Positions 47,675 through 56,761 of a DNA stretch of 64,000 bases are shown here, one piece after another. The notes beneath the pieces are model-generated. The model was not told the DNA's origin. It saw only the letters and a list, made by a program, of their open reading frames with translations, and ran no database searches. The translations under genes and the position numbers were made by a program. Each line of letters starts with the position of its first letter. The stretch's first letter is position 1. Source of the stretch: an uncultured Pseudomonadota bacterium (GTDB lineage: Bacteria; Myxococcota_A; Polyangia; Fen-1088); contig CAVZYM010000005.1 of NCBI GenBank assembly GCA_963779495.1, positions 1,945,554 through 2,009,553 of the forward strand. Reading direction: 5' to 3'.

Positions 47675-47965
47675 ATGGGGGCGCGTCAGGAAAACGGTTA
47701 CAAGCGCTGCGGATGGCGCGGGATCACGGCTGCCGACACGACGGCGTCATGGTTCGTCCGCGCATACATCGTGGTCGCCCTTGCCGCGGTGGCCGCCGAC
47801 GCGTTCAAGGTCATTGACCTCGGAGGGTTGCTGACGTGGCCAGTTGTGATTCCGGTTGGTGTCGGGCTTCCGCTGGCACTTTTCCTTCTTACGCGTGCCC
47901 GCCGGTGTCCAGACTGCGGCGGCCGTGAACTAGAGATCGTTCCGACGAAGGACAACGCCGGCTGA
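47675..47965 (+). CDS. small membrane protein with C-terminal CPDC motif
   Basis: Two hydrophobic spans. Packed 4 nt after the preceding gene. Confidence 0.4.
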   Translation: MGARQENGYKRCGWRGITAADTTASWFVRAYIVVALAAVAADAFKVIDLGGLLTWPVVIPVGVGLPLALFLLTRARRCPDCGGRELEIVPTKDNAG

Positions 47966-48077
47966 GATCCCGTGTCGCTCGACCAGCAGCGCGCCTCCGT
48001 CAAGGTCAGCGGGGCGGCCTGGGGTCGTGCTTGCCTCCTCGGGGCTCGCCCTCACCTTGGTGGCAGGAGCGGTGCAA

Positions 48078-48392
48078 ATGACCACAAGGACCATCAAGTC
48101 GATGCTGCGTATGGCGGTCTTCACGGGGGCGATCGGGCTGGTGCCACCGCTCGCGCTGGCCGAGAGCTCGAGCGAGCCGACGGAACCGGTGACGTTGCAG
48201 ACGGTGCCGGACCACCAGCAGGCGGAGGCGAAGGGCAATGAGGTAGGGTCGATGACCCTGCCCGACCATGGCACGGCCGAGGATCGCGGCACGCGACCGC
48301 CGGACGCGGTTGGCCTCGAGGCGATCAAAGGCGTACCCGACCACAACCAGGCGGAGTCGCGGAACGCCCAGCCCGAGCTGCAGACCAAGTAG
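48078..48392 (+). CDS. small secreted protein with three PDH..AE repeats
   Basis: Signal peptide ...PPLALA. Repeats TVPDHQQAEAKG, TLPDHGTAEDRG and GVPDHNQAESRN. Confidence 0.5.
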   Translation: MTTRTIKSMLRMAVFTGAIGLVPPLALAESSSEPTEPVTLQTVPDHQQAEAKGNEVGSMTLPDHGTAEDRGTRPPDAVGLEAIKGVPDHNQAESRNAQPELQTK

Positions 48393-48422
48393 GCGTGGGC
48401 CGGCGGCGTGAGCCGCCGCCCG

Positions 48423-49415
48423 TCAGGCCGCGCGCCTGACGCCGAAGCGCGCGCGGTACTCGCGTGGTGACGTGCCGGTGTGGCGGCGGAACAGCTGGCG
48501 GAAGAAGGCGACGTCCTCGTAGCCGACCTGCTGGCAGATCTCCTGGACCGACCGGTGCGCGTTCTCCAGGTAGTGTCGGGCGGTATCGATGCGCAGGCGG
48601 TGCACGTAGGCGAGGGGGGCCTCGCCGGTCGCTGCCCTGAACCGGCGCGCGAAGTTGCGCGGGCTCATGCCGACCTTGGCGGCGAGCGCATCGAGATCGA
48701 CAGGTTCGCGGTAGTGGGCGTAGATCCATTTCTGGGCGCGCTGGATCGGCTCGTCGTCGTGGCCTGACCGCGGCGGCTGGGCGGCGTAGGTCGACTGCCA
48801 GATGCGCGGCGTCTCCAGCAGCAGTGCCTTGGCGGTCTGGACCGCGATCTCGTGGCCGCAGAAGTGCTCGACCAGGTAAAGGCTGAGATCGATCGACGCG
48901 TAGACGCCGCCGCCGCAGAAGACGCTCCCCGACTCGGTCACGAACCGGTCGGCCATCCACTGGACCCTGGGGTACATCGTGCGGGCTCTGTCGACGAGAC
49001 CCCAGTGGGTGGTGCCCTGGCGCCCGTCGAGCAGGCCGGCCTCGGCCAGCAGCGTGGCGCCGGTGCAGATGCCGGCCATGGCCGTGTTGCGGGCGCGGCG
49101 GGCGACCCAGTCGACGAGACGGGCGTTCGCCGTGCGCGCGAGCTCGAGGTCGAGGCCCGCGGCCGGGATGACGACCAGGTCGGTGCGGCGCACATCGGCC
49201 AGGGACATCGTCGGCTCCAGCGTCACCGGGACCATGTTCTGCGTCTTGCGTCCGTCGATCGTCGCGGTGCGCACCCGAAAGCGGGGCTCCCCGGGCGTCC
49301 CCATCAGCATCCCCCACGCCGTTCCGGCGCAGGCGAAGATCTCCAGCGGCGCCATCGAGGTCGACGGCAGGCTCCCCCCGACCAGCACCACGGTTACGTC
49401 AATCATGGCTGCCAT
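48423..49415 (-). CDS. AraC-family transcriptional regulator with DJ-1/PfpI (GlxA-type) N-terminal domain
   Basis: The GICTGATLLAEAGLL nucleophile-elbow-like motif, then a C-terminal AraC HTH (MSPRNFARRFRAATG...YEDVAFFRQLFRRHTGTSP). Confidence 0.85.
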   Translation of the reverse strand: MAAMIDVTVVLVGGSLPSTSMAPLEIFACAGTAWGMLMGTPGEPRFRVRTATIDGRKTQNMVPVTLEPTMSLADVRRTDLVVIPAAGLDLELARTANARLVDWVARRARNTAMAGICTGATLLAEAGLLDGRQGTTHWGLVDRARTMYPRVQWMADRFVTESGSVFCGGGVYASIDLSLYLVEHFCGHEIAVQTAKALLLETPRIWQSTYAAQPPRSGHDDEPIQRAQKWIYAHYREPVDLDALAAKVGMSPRNFARRFRAATGEAPLAYVHRLRIDTARHYLENAHRSVQEICQQVGYEDVAFFRQLFRRHTGTSPREYRARFGVRRAA

Positions 49416-49500
49416 GTCCGAATCACCTCCGAAGGATGGCGAGTATGCCACTACCGGTAGAGGTGGCCGTCGCCTAGCTTGAAGGCGAAAGGAGACAGTC

Positions 49501-50340
49501 ATGAACACGAACGCAGCGACGGCCACGACGAATCCGAATCAGGCGCTCTGGGAGAAGGGGGACTTCACGCGCATCGCCGAGAGCATGCGGGCCAGCGGCG
49601 AGGCCCTGGTCCGCAGCATCGACGTCACCCGCGGCCTCAGCGTGCTCGACCTCGGCTCCGGAGACGGCACCACGGCGCTGCCGGCGGCGCGCCTGGGGGC
49701 CGAGGTGCTCGGCGTCGACATCGCGCGCAATCTGGTCGAGGCCGGCAACCGGCGCGCGCAGGCGGCGGGGCTCGCCAACCTCCGCTTCCAGCAGGGCGAC
49801 GCGACCGACCTGCGCGCGCTCGCCGATCGATCGTTCGATCTCGTCGTCAGCATCTTCGGCGCGATGTTCGCCCCCAAGCCGGCCGAGGTCGCGAAGGAGA
49901 TGGTGCGCGTGACCCGCCCCGGCGGGCGGATCGTGATGGGGAACTGGATCCCGAACGATCCGACGCTGGTGGCGCAGATCCTGAAGATCAGCGCTGCTTA
50001 CGCGCCGCCGCCGCCGGCGGGGTTCGTGAGCCCGATGCTCTGGGGCGTCGAGAGCGAGGTGCTGGCGCGCTTCGCGGGCGCAGGCGTGGCGAAGGAGAAG
50101 ATCGCGTTCGCGCGCGAGACCTACACCTTCGACTACGCCGGCTCGTCCACCGCATTTGTGGCCGCGTTCCGGGAGTTCTACGGCCCGACGATGAACGCCT
50201 TCGCCGCCGCGGAGGCGGCCGGGCGCGCGGGGGAGCTCGCGGCGGAGCTCGAGGCGCTGTTCTCCGCTCAGAACCGGAGCGGCCGCCCAGACGCGACCTC
50301 GATCCCGGCGACCTTCCTGCGCGTGACCGTCGCGGTCTGA
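49501..50340 (+). CDS. class I SAM-dependent methyltransferase
   Basis: Motif I VLDLGSGDGTTAL ... VLGVDIA ... RPGGRIVM. Confidence 0.8.
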   Translation: MNTNAATATTNPNQALWEKGDFTRIAESMRASGEALVRSIDVTRGLSVLDLGSGDGTTALPAARLGAEVLGVDIARNLVEAGNRRAQAAGLANLRFQQGDATDLRALADRSFDLVVSIFGAMFAPKPAEVAKEMVRVTRPGGRIVMGNWIPNDPTLVAQILKISAAYAPPPPAGFVSPMLWGVESEVLARFAGAGVAKEKIAFARETYTFDYAGSSTAFVAAFREFYGPTMNAFAAAEAAGRAGELAAELEALFSAQNRSGRPDATSIPATFLRVTVAV

Positions 50341-50384
50341 GCCGGGGGGCGAGCCGTCGCCCACCTTGGACGACATGCGGTCAA

Positions 50385-50402
50385 GCCGGCACCGGTGCCG
50401 GC
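50385..50402. terminator. perfect 18-bp palindrome (hairpin or operator) between the methyltransferase and the lipoprotein operon
   Basis: GCCGGCACCGGTGCCGGC. Its function (terminator versus operator) is not resolved. Confidence 0.35.
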
Positions 50403-50452
50403 CGAAATGATCGGGTGGGGAGAAAACTCGGCCCCTACCGACATTCACCGTC

Positions 50453-52717
50453 ATGACGCCCTCGCCGCGCTCCCCTCTCACCGCCGCGCTCGTCTTCGCC
50501 GCCACCTTGGCCGCCACCTTGGCCGCCGCTGGATGTGGCGAGAAGGCCATCGTCGCGGGGCGCGATCCCGGCCCGAAGTGCACGCCGACCGCCACCACCG
50601 AGGTGATGTGCTCGGACGGCGTCGACGAGGACTGCGACGGCCAGGCTGACTGCCTGGATCCCGACTGCAACGGTCAGGTTTGTGGCAGCGGGGACGGGTT
50701 CACCTGCACGGCGGGCGGGTGCGTGCGGCCGGGCGATCTGCCCGCCCTGCCGCCGGTGACGGGCGTCAGCCTCACCATCCGCGGCGATACCGCGCTGGTC
50801 GACTTCGATGCGATGGCGGGGGCGCGCGACTACCGCATCTACCCGTACCCCAACAAGGACGACGTCCTGGTCGGGGCGGCGGGCGAGCAGACGATCAGGA
50901 ACGCGATCTACCGCTGCGCCGGCGACATGCCGCTGGTCAAGCGCGAGGACGACGTCGCCGGCGGGTTCGACCTGTCGCTGGCGATGGACCAGTCGGCGCC
51001 CAACATCTCCCTGGCCGGCTACCGCCGCACGCTCGCGGACGCCGTGCTCGGCTACGTCTTTCTGACGCCGGGGATGGGGCGCCAGCCGGTCTATCGGCTC
51101 GCCGATCCGAACGGCACCGGCGGCTTCTTCAACGCCGACTGGCTTCCCCCGATCAGCAACGACTACAGCGCGGCCGACTACGTCGTCGGGACGGAGGAGC
51201 GTGATCGGCTGATCGCCGCCGGCATGCGTGACGACGGCATCGCGTTCTACGTCTCGGACGCCGGGACCCGCACCGTCTACCGCAAGTGGTACGAGGACGA
51301 CTGGCAGGCCGGGCCGGTCGTCTTCTTCACCGACGTCGGCGAAGAGCAGGCCGCCCGCGCCGACGACGATCCCAAGAGCGTGAGGGACTTCGGCGAGCGG
51401 TTCCGCATCCTGGCCACGCAGGAGCCGGAGAGCGTGCCGCTGACGCGCGTGCTCTACGGCTACGCGCACACGTTCGACGTGCTGGCGGCGGGCGACGCGA
51501 ACTTCGAGCGCATCCTGCACCAGGGAAACCTCCCCATCCGGTCGCTCGCCTGGTCGGGGCTGACCGAACGGACCACGCTGGTGATCGAGGCGCTCGACGC
51601 CGGTTGCCCCTTCCCCGGCGGCTACGTCGGTTACATGCACGCCGACGGTGACCCGTCGGCCGGGCACTACTCGTCGATCACGATGGACGAGGGGCGGCAG
51701 CCGGCCTCGGGCGAGCTGTTCGTCAACGGCCAGCACGATCCGGCGAGCCGCCCCAAGCCGATCGCGCGGTCGTTCGTCGACGCGTCGCCCGAGGCGCCGC
51801 CCGCGATGGACTTCTACGAGTCGTTCAACCCTTCGACGCCGTGGGAGCAGCCGCCCGAGGTCGCGACCGACAACAACAACGGCTTTCACCTGTACCGCAA
51901 CGCGCGCTGGGCGATCGACTTCGCCGGCTCGCCGCCCAACCACAGCCTGGGGCCGATCCTGGGGCAGTTCCACATCGGCTGCATCGACTGGGGGTCGTCG
52001 TGCGGCTACTCGATCGTCCCGCGCGGCGTGACGACGAAGCTCGAGTCGAGCCGGTACATCCATGTGCGGATGACCGTCAACGTGACCTCGACGTTCCGCC
52101 GCTACCCCGGTGTGATGATCACGACCACGCCGGTCATCGAGGCCCCCAATCCGGACTACCACGTCTACGACCTCCCGGTGACGTCGCGCCTCGGGCCGCT
52201 CGAGGACGAGGGGTCGGGCAAGGAGTCGACGATCCTGGTCCACCCGTTCGGCCAGGACCTGCAGCTGCAGTTCTGCGACAAGCGCGGGTGGGGCGTCGGC
52301 AGCCAGTGCAAGAAGGCCAACACCAAGGGGCGCCGCACGTACTGGGAGAACCTCAAGCAGCCCTGGCTGCCGGCGCCGGTGCTGGGACAGGTGGCGGGCG
52401 AGGATCGCCCGGTCCAGTTCGACATCTACGCCTCGACCGACAAGATCTACCTGTTCCAGGACGAGAAGCCGGCGGGGTGCGCGCGGCTGCCTTCCGGGCG
52501 GATGCCGTCCGGGGCGGTGACGGTGCTGTTCCACGCCGTCGGTTACCACCTGGGGATCGACGAGCCCGCCGACGAGAACACGCGCTTTCAGTACCTGCGC
52601 ACCTACAGCTTCATGCGCACGGATCGTCACTTCGACGACCTCGGGATCTCGAACAGCGTGGCGCCGCCGGCCTGGGACGAGACGCGATTCCCCTGCGGGA
52701 CGGACTGGGGGTCCTGA
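50453..52717 (+). CDS. large lipoprotein with N-terminal Cys/Asp-rich metal-binding-like motif
   Basis: Lipobox LAAAGC. CSDGVDEDCDGQADCLDPDC motif. The C-terminal region resembles that of 54099..55613. Confidence 0.7.
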   Translation: MTPSPRSPLTAALVFAATLAATLAAAGCGEKAIVAGRDPGPKCTPTATTEVMCSDGVDEDCDGQADCLDPDCNGQVCGSGDGFTCTAGGCVRPGDLPALPPVTGVSLTIRGDTALVDFDAMAGARDYRIYPYPNKDDVLVGAAGEQTIRNAIYRCAGDMPLVKREDDVAGGFDLSLAMDQSAPNISLAGYRRTLADAVLGYVFLTPGMGRQPVYRLADPNGTGGFFNADWLPPISNDYSAADYVVGTEERDRLIAAGMRDDGIAFYVSDAGTRTVYRKWYEDDWQAGPVVFFTDVGEEQAARADDDPKSVRDFGERFRILATQEPESVPLTRVLYGYAHTFDVLAAGDANFERILHQGNLPIRSLAWSGLTERTTLVIEALDAGCPFPGGYVGYMHADGDPSAGHYSSITMDEGRQPASGELFVNGQHDPASRPKPIARSFVDASPEAPPAMDFYESFNPSTPWEQPPEVATDNNNGFHLYRNARWAIDFAGSPPNHSLGPILGQFHIGCIDWGSSCGYSIVPRGVTTKLESSRYIHVRMTVNVTSTFRRYPGVMITTTPVIEAPNPDYHVYDLPVTSRLGPLEDEGSGKESTILVHPFGQDLQLQFCDKRGWGVGSQCKKANTKGRRTYWENLKQPWLPAPVLGQVAGEDRPVQFDIYASTDKIYLFQDEKPAGCARLPSGRMPSGAVTVLFHAVGYHLGIDEPADENTRFQYLRTYSFMRTDRHFDDLGISNSVAPPAWDETRFPCGTDWGS

Positions 52718-54102
52718 TGCTTCATTCGTATGTGCGGGCGACCCTCGCCGGGGCGTTCGCCGCCGTCGCCGGCTGCGGTGGTGGTTCGAATGGCGGCGGC
52801 CCGCCGGCGGATGACCCCGATCCCGTGCTCATGCCCGACGAACGGATCAGGCTGATGGCGCTGCGGTACGACGAGCGGGCGCCGCCAAGTGACGTCAGCA
52901 ATCGCGTCGCCGACGAGCCGGCCGCCCGGCTGTTCGGGCAGCGGCTGTTCTTCGACGGGTCGCTGTCGGGGCCGCTGCTCGAGGGGGACAACGACGGCAG
53001 CCCGGGGACGCTGGGGACGCGCGGTGAAGCGGGGCGGGTCAGCTGCGCCGGCTGCCACCTCCCCGACAGCGGCTTCGTCGACACGCGCAGCCGCGGCAAG
53101 CAGATCTCGCTGGCGGCGCAGTGGACGACGCGGCGGACCCCGACGCTGCTCGACGTGGCGTTCGCGCCGCTCTTCAACTGGGACGGGGCCCGCGACTCGA
53201 TCTGGCGTCAGGCGATCGGCGTGATGGAGAGCGAGCGCGAGTTCAACAGCGGACGTCTGTTCGTCGCCGAACAGATCTTCACGCGCCACCGCAGCGAGTA
53301 CGAGGCGATCTTCGGGGCGATGCCGCCGCTCGACGACGCGAGCCGGTTCCCGGCGCTGGCCCCCACCGAGGCGGGCTGCCGCGAGCGGCCCACGCCGACG
53401 GGCGTGGTCTACGACTGCCGCGGCCGCCCCGGCGACGGCGCCGACTACGACGGGATGGAGGCCGATGATCAGCAGCTGGCCACGCGGGTGACCGTCAACG
53501 CCGCCAAGGCGATCGCCGCCTACGTTCGCCAGCTTCGCTGCGGGGCGGGGCGCTTCGACGCCTGGCTCGACGGCGACGAGACGGCGCTCGACCGCGCCGA
53601 GCAGCGCGGCGCCGCGCTGTTCGTCGGCAAGGCCGGCTGCGTCGGTTGCCACGGCGGCCCCCAGCTGTCGGACCACGCCTTCCACAACGTGGGGCTTCGT
53701 CCCGCGACGGTGGCGGTGGCGTTCACCGATCTGAACGATCGCGGCGCCGGGGCGGGGATCCCGGCGGCCCTGGCCGATCCCCTCAACGTGCGCGGCGCGT
53801 TCAGCGACGGCGACGACGGGCGACTCCCCGCCGCGGCGACGCCCGCGCTGGAGGGGGCCTTCCGCACGCCGACGCTGCGTTGCCTGCCCGGGCAGCCGAG
53901 CTTCATGCACACGGGGCACTTCACCTCGCTGGACCAGGTGGTGACCTTCTTCGAGCGGGGCGGCGATCCGGCCGGCGGCTATCCGGGGCAGAGCGAGCTC
54001 ACCCGCCTCGGCCTCACCGAACGCGAGCGCGCCGATCTGGTCGCCTTCCTCGGGACCCTGGAAGGGCCCGGCCCGGCGGCCGCGCTCCTGGAGGCGCCAT
54101 GA
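52717..54102 (+). CDS. di-haem cytochrome c peroxidase / MauG-family lipoprotein
   Basis: Two CxxCH sites (CAGCH, CVGCH), FRTPTLRC...FMHTGHF signature, lipobox VAGC, and a TGATG overlap with the upstream gene. Confidence 0.85.
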   Translation: MLHSYVRATLAGAFAAVAGCGGGSNGGGPPADDPDPVLMPDERIRLMALRYDERAPPSDVSNRVADEPAARLFGQRLFFDGSLSGPLLEGDNDGSPGTLGTRGEAGRVSCAGCHLPDSGFVDTRSRGKQISLAAQWTTRRTPTLLDVAFAPLFNWDGARDSIWRQAIGVMESEREFNSGRLFVAEQIFTRHRSEYEAIFGAMPPLDDASRFPALAPTEAGCRERPTPTGVVYDCRGRPGDGADYDGMEADDQQLATRVTVNAAKAIAAYVRQLRCGAGRFDAWLDGDETALDRAEQRGAALFVGKAGCVGCHGGPQLSDHAFHNVGLRPATVAVAFTDLNDRGAGAGIPAALADPLNVRGAFSDGDDGRLPAAATPALEGAFRTPTLRCLPGQPSFMHTGHFTSLDQVVTFFERGGDPAGGYPGQSELTRLGLTERERADLVAFLGTLEGPGPAAALLEAP

Positions 54103-55613
54103 TGAGGACGCGCGCGCTCGCCCTGCCGTTCGGGCTTTCGCTGCTGGCCGCGGCCTGTGGCGGCGGCGGCGCGCGCGGCGGCAACGACGACGGCGGCCAG
54201 CCCGACGTTCCGTTCGATCCGCCCGACGTCAGCCTCGACGGCGGCACCTACGTCCCGGTCCCCGGCAGCTGCGCTTTCGACGATCCGCAGAGCCCGCCCG
54301 CCTTCTGCGACACGTTCGAGGACGGTCCGAAAGCAGGCGGCCGCGCCGGCGAGCTCGATCCCGCGCGCTGGAGCGCCGTCCGCTCGGCGGGGATCGACAC
54401 CGCGTTCGGCGCCGGCATCGGCAAGGGGCAGATCGGGCAGTGCCGGCCCGGCCTGACCGACACGATGGTCCTCCCCGACGGCGATACGGTGATCTGCGAT
54501 CCGACGCCGACGATCGCCACCCGCCACCTGCTGACGGTGACCGCCGCCCAGAACTACGGCCTCAACACCTACCGGATACGGCAGCCGTTCGACTTCGCGG
54601 GGCGCACCGGAACGATCAAGCTCGACGTCGACGCGAAGGCGGCCGGGCTGGGCGGCTGGCCGGCGATCGCGATCAGCCAGGATCCGTCGCCGACGCCCAC
54701 GTTCGACTTCCCCGAGCGCGGCTCGGGCCCGCGCAACGGCGTCGAGATCGAGCTCATGGGCGGCTTCTGCAACACGCCCGACACGATGATGCCGATCATC
54801 TATCGCTACCGCGACTACAACGAATCGCCCGACCCGGCGACGCAGCCGCCGGCCATCTACGCCTGCGACCTCCCCCATGCGATCGTGAAGCAGGGGTCGC
54901 TGAACCACGTCGAGATCTACCTGACCCGCACGCACCTCGAGGTCTGGATGTCGGACGCGTCACCCGACGGCGTGACCTTCCCGAACTTTCAGAAGCTCTA
55001 CGCCGGCGATCTCGATCTGCCGTTCGACCGCGGCTACGTGAGCGTCATCGGGCGCAACCACGCCACGATCAAGTACGGCTACGGCCCGTCGTGGAACATC
55101 CGCTGGGACAACATCGGCTTCGACGGCCCCGTCATAGGCGGCTGGCGCGAGGCCAGCGTCCCCGACGCGCTGGATCCGACCGCCGACGGCCAGGGGCTGC
55201 GCACCGGCTACACCGTGCCGGCGTCGGAGAACGGGGAGTCGGTGACGATGACGATCCCGGCGGTCGACCTGACGGGCGCGACGTCGGCCCGGCTGGCGCT
55301 GTCGGCGCAGTACCCCTGGTTCGAGTGGAACGGCGTCAACCACCCGCCGACCTACTTCAACCTGCGCTTCCGCCTGAACGGCGGCACCTGGCACGATCGC
55401 TACATCAACGACATCGAGGCCAACGCGTTCCAGAGCTTCTCGGGCGACAGCGGCGCGGTGGGCGCCGGCCTCCTGAGCCAGATCATCACGCTCGACCTTG
55501 CCGAGCTGCACGACGGGGACAACACGCTGGAGTTCGCGGGCGCGAACGTCTGGACCGGCTCCTACCGGATCGGCGTCGTCGGCATCGACTTGATTCTCGC
55601 AACGGGACAATAA
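54099..55613 (+). CDS. lipoprotein, distant paralogue-like of 50453..52717 C-terminal region
   Basis: Lipobox LAAAC and an ATGA overlap with the peroxidase stop. HVEIYLTRTHLEVWMSD...IRWDNIGFDGP is comparable with FDIYASTDKIYLFQDE...RHFDDLGISN. Confidence 0.7.
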   Translation: MMRTRALALPFGLSLLAAACGGGGARGGNDDGGQPDVPFDPPDVSLDGGTYVPVPGSCAFDDPQSPPAFCDTFEDGPKAGGRAGELDPARWSAVRSAGIDTAFGAGIGKGQIGQCRPGLTDTMVLPDGDTVICDPTPTIATRHLLTVTAAQNYGLNTYRIRQPFDFAGRTGTIKLDVDAKAAGLGGWPAIAISQDPSPTPTFDFPERGSGPRNGVEIELMGGFCNTPDTMMPIIYRYRDYNESPDPATQPPAIYACDLPHAIVKQGSLNHVEIYLTRTHLEVWMSDASPDGVTFPNFQKLYAGDLDLPFDRGYVSVIGRNHATIKYGYGPSWNIRWDNIGFDGPVIGGWREASVPDALDPTADGQGLRTGYTVPASENGESVTMTIPAVDLTGATSARLALSAQYPWFEWNGVNHPPTYFNLRFRLNGGTWHDRYINDIEANAFQSFSGDSGAVGAGLLSQIITLDLAELHDGDNTLEFAGANVWTGSYRIGVVGIDLILATGQ

Positions 55614-55663
55614 ACGTCGGAACCCTGAGAGGGTTCCGAACCTCCCGCGACGGGCTCGGTCCC

Positions 55664-55727
55664 GCAAAGCTGGACCTCCCCCACGCGATCGCCACCGTCG
55701 GCAAAGCTGGACCTCCCCCACGCGATC
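55664..55727. repeat. 27-bp perfect direct repeat x2, 10-bp spacer
   Basis: GCAAAGCTGGACCTCCCCCACGCGATC occurs at 55664-55690 and 55701-55727. It ends 23 bp upstream of ATG 55750. Confidence 0.9.
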
Positions 55728-55749
55728 CGTCTACCTTCCAAGGGGGGCG

Positions 55750-56709
55750 ATGTGGAGATCGTCTGCGGGCCTGGTTCTTGTCGTGCTGATGGCGGCGGGC
55801 GGGGCTTCGCCCGCCTGGGGGGCCGACGCACCCGCCGACATGCCGTCGGTGCGGCTCGACTGGGAGGCGCCCGCCGAGTGCATCGACGGGGCGGCCCTGG
55901 CCCGGGTGGTCAGCGGCCAGCTCGGGCGGCCCGCGTTTGCGGACGGCTTCGACGCGGAGCTGGTCGTGCGCGGCCGCATCGAGTCGACCGACAGCGGCCG
56001 TCACCGGGCCGAGGTGGTGCTGGCGACGCGCGCCGGGGAGTCGCTGGGCGTGCGCACGCTCGCGTCGGACAACCGCGACTGCCGCAGCCTGGACGAGGCG
56101 CTGGCGGTGATGCTCGCGATCATGCTGAACGTGCGCCGGGCCGACGTGCCGGCCCTGGCGCGCGAGGCGCCGCCGCCGCCGCGCTGGCGCCCGCGGGCGG
56201 GTGCGGGGGCCGGCGTCGTGCTGGGGCTGCTCCCCCAGGCGGCCCTCGAGACGGTGGCGGGCGCCGGGCTGATGCGCGGCGGGCGGCTCGAGCCAGGGAT
56301 CGAGGTCGCCTGGGCCTGGACGCCCGAATCCGCCGCCGCGGAGGGGCGGCTGCGGGTCCAGACCGCGTCGGCGCGGCTGGCGATCGCCCCGGTGCTGGTC
56401 GCCTGGGGGAGCCGCACCGATCTGCGCCTGCGCCTGTCGGCGGGAGCCGGCCCGATGTGGGCCAGCGCCTCCGATTTTGCTCGGGTCTTCACGACGGCGA
56501 CGCGGCTGATCGTCGACGCGCGGGCCGGTATCCAGCTGGGCGTGCGCGTCGCGGGCCCCCTCTGGGTCCAGGCCGGCGCCGAGGTGGGGTGGGTGCCGGT
56601 GCGCCCGGATTTCGTGGTCCGCAACGCCGACGGCTCGAAGGAGACGCTGTTCCAGCCGCAGCCCGTCATCGCCACGGCCGGGCTGAGCCTGGCGCTGCGG
56701 TCGCGATGA
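55750..56709 (+). CDS. secreted beta-rich protein (possible outer-membrane protein) upstream of the ECF module
   Basis: Signal peptide ...SPAWGA. The C-terminal half has an alternating beta pattern. No family recognised. Confidence 0.6.
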   Translation: MWRSSAGLVLVVLMAAGGASPAWGADAPADMPSVRLDWEAPAECIDGAALARVVSGQLGRPAFADGFDAELVVRGRIESTDSGRHRAEVVLATRAGESLGVRTLASDNRDCRSLDEALAVMLAIMLNVRRADVPALAREAPPPPRWRPRAGAGAGVVLGLLPQAALETVAGAGLMRGGRLEPGIEVAWAWTPESAAAEGRLRVQTASARLAIAPVLVAWGSRTDLRLRLSAGAGPMWASASDFARVFTTATRLIVDARAGIQLGVRVAGPLWVQAGAEVGWVPVRPDFVVRNADGSKETLFQPQPVIATAGLSLALRSR

Positions 56710-56761
56710 GCGGCGGGAGAAAAACGGCCTCCTGCCGACATTCATGGGAGTGGACCTCGCC

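Noticed and set aside
55611-55640. Terminator hairpin or ECF -35 element right after the 54099..55613 stop
   Set aside because: On recounting, the 5' arm has an extra A (GGAAACCCT versus AGGGTTCC). This gives only a weak bulged stem with no U-tract. The GGAAAC element alone is not enough to call a promoter.
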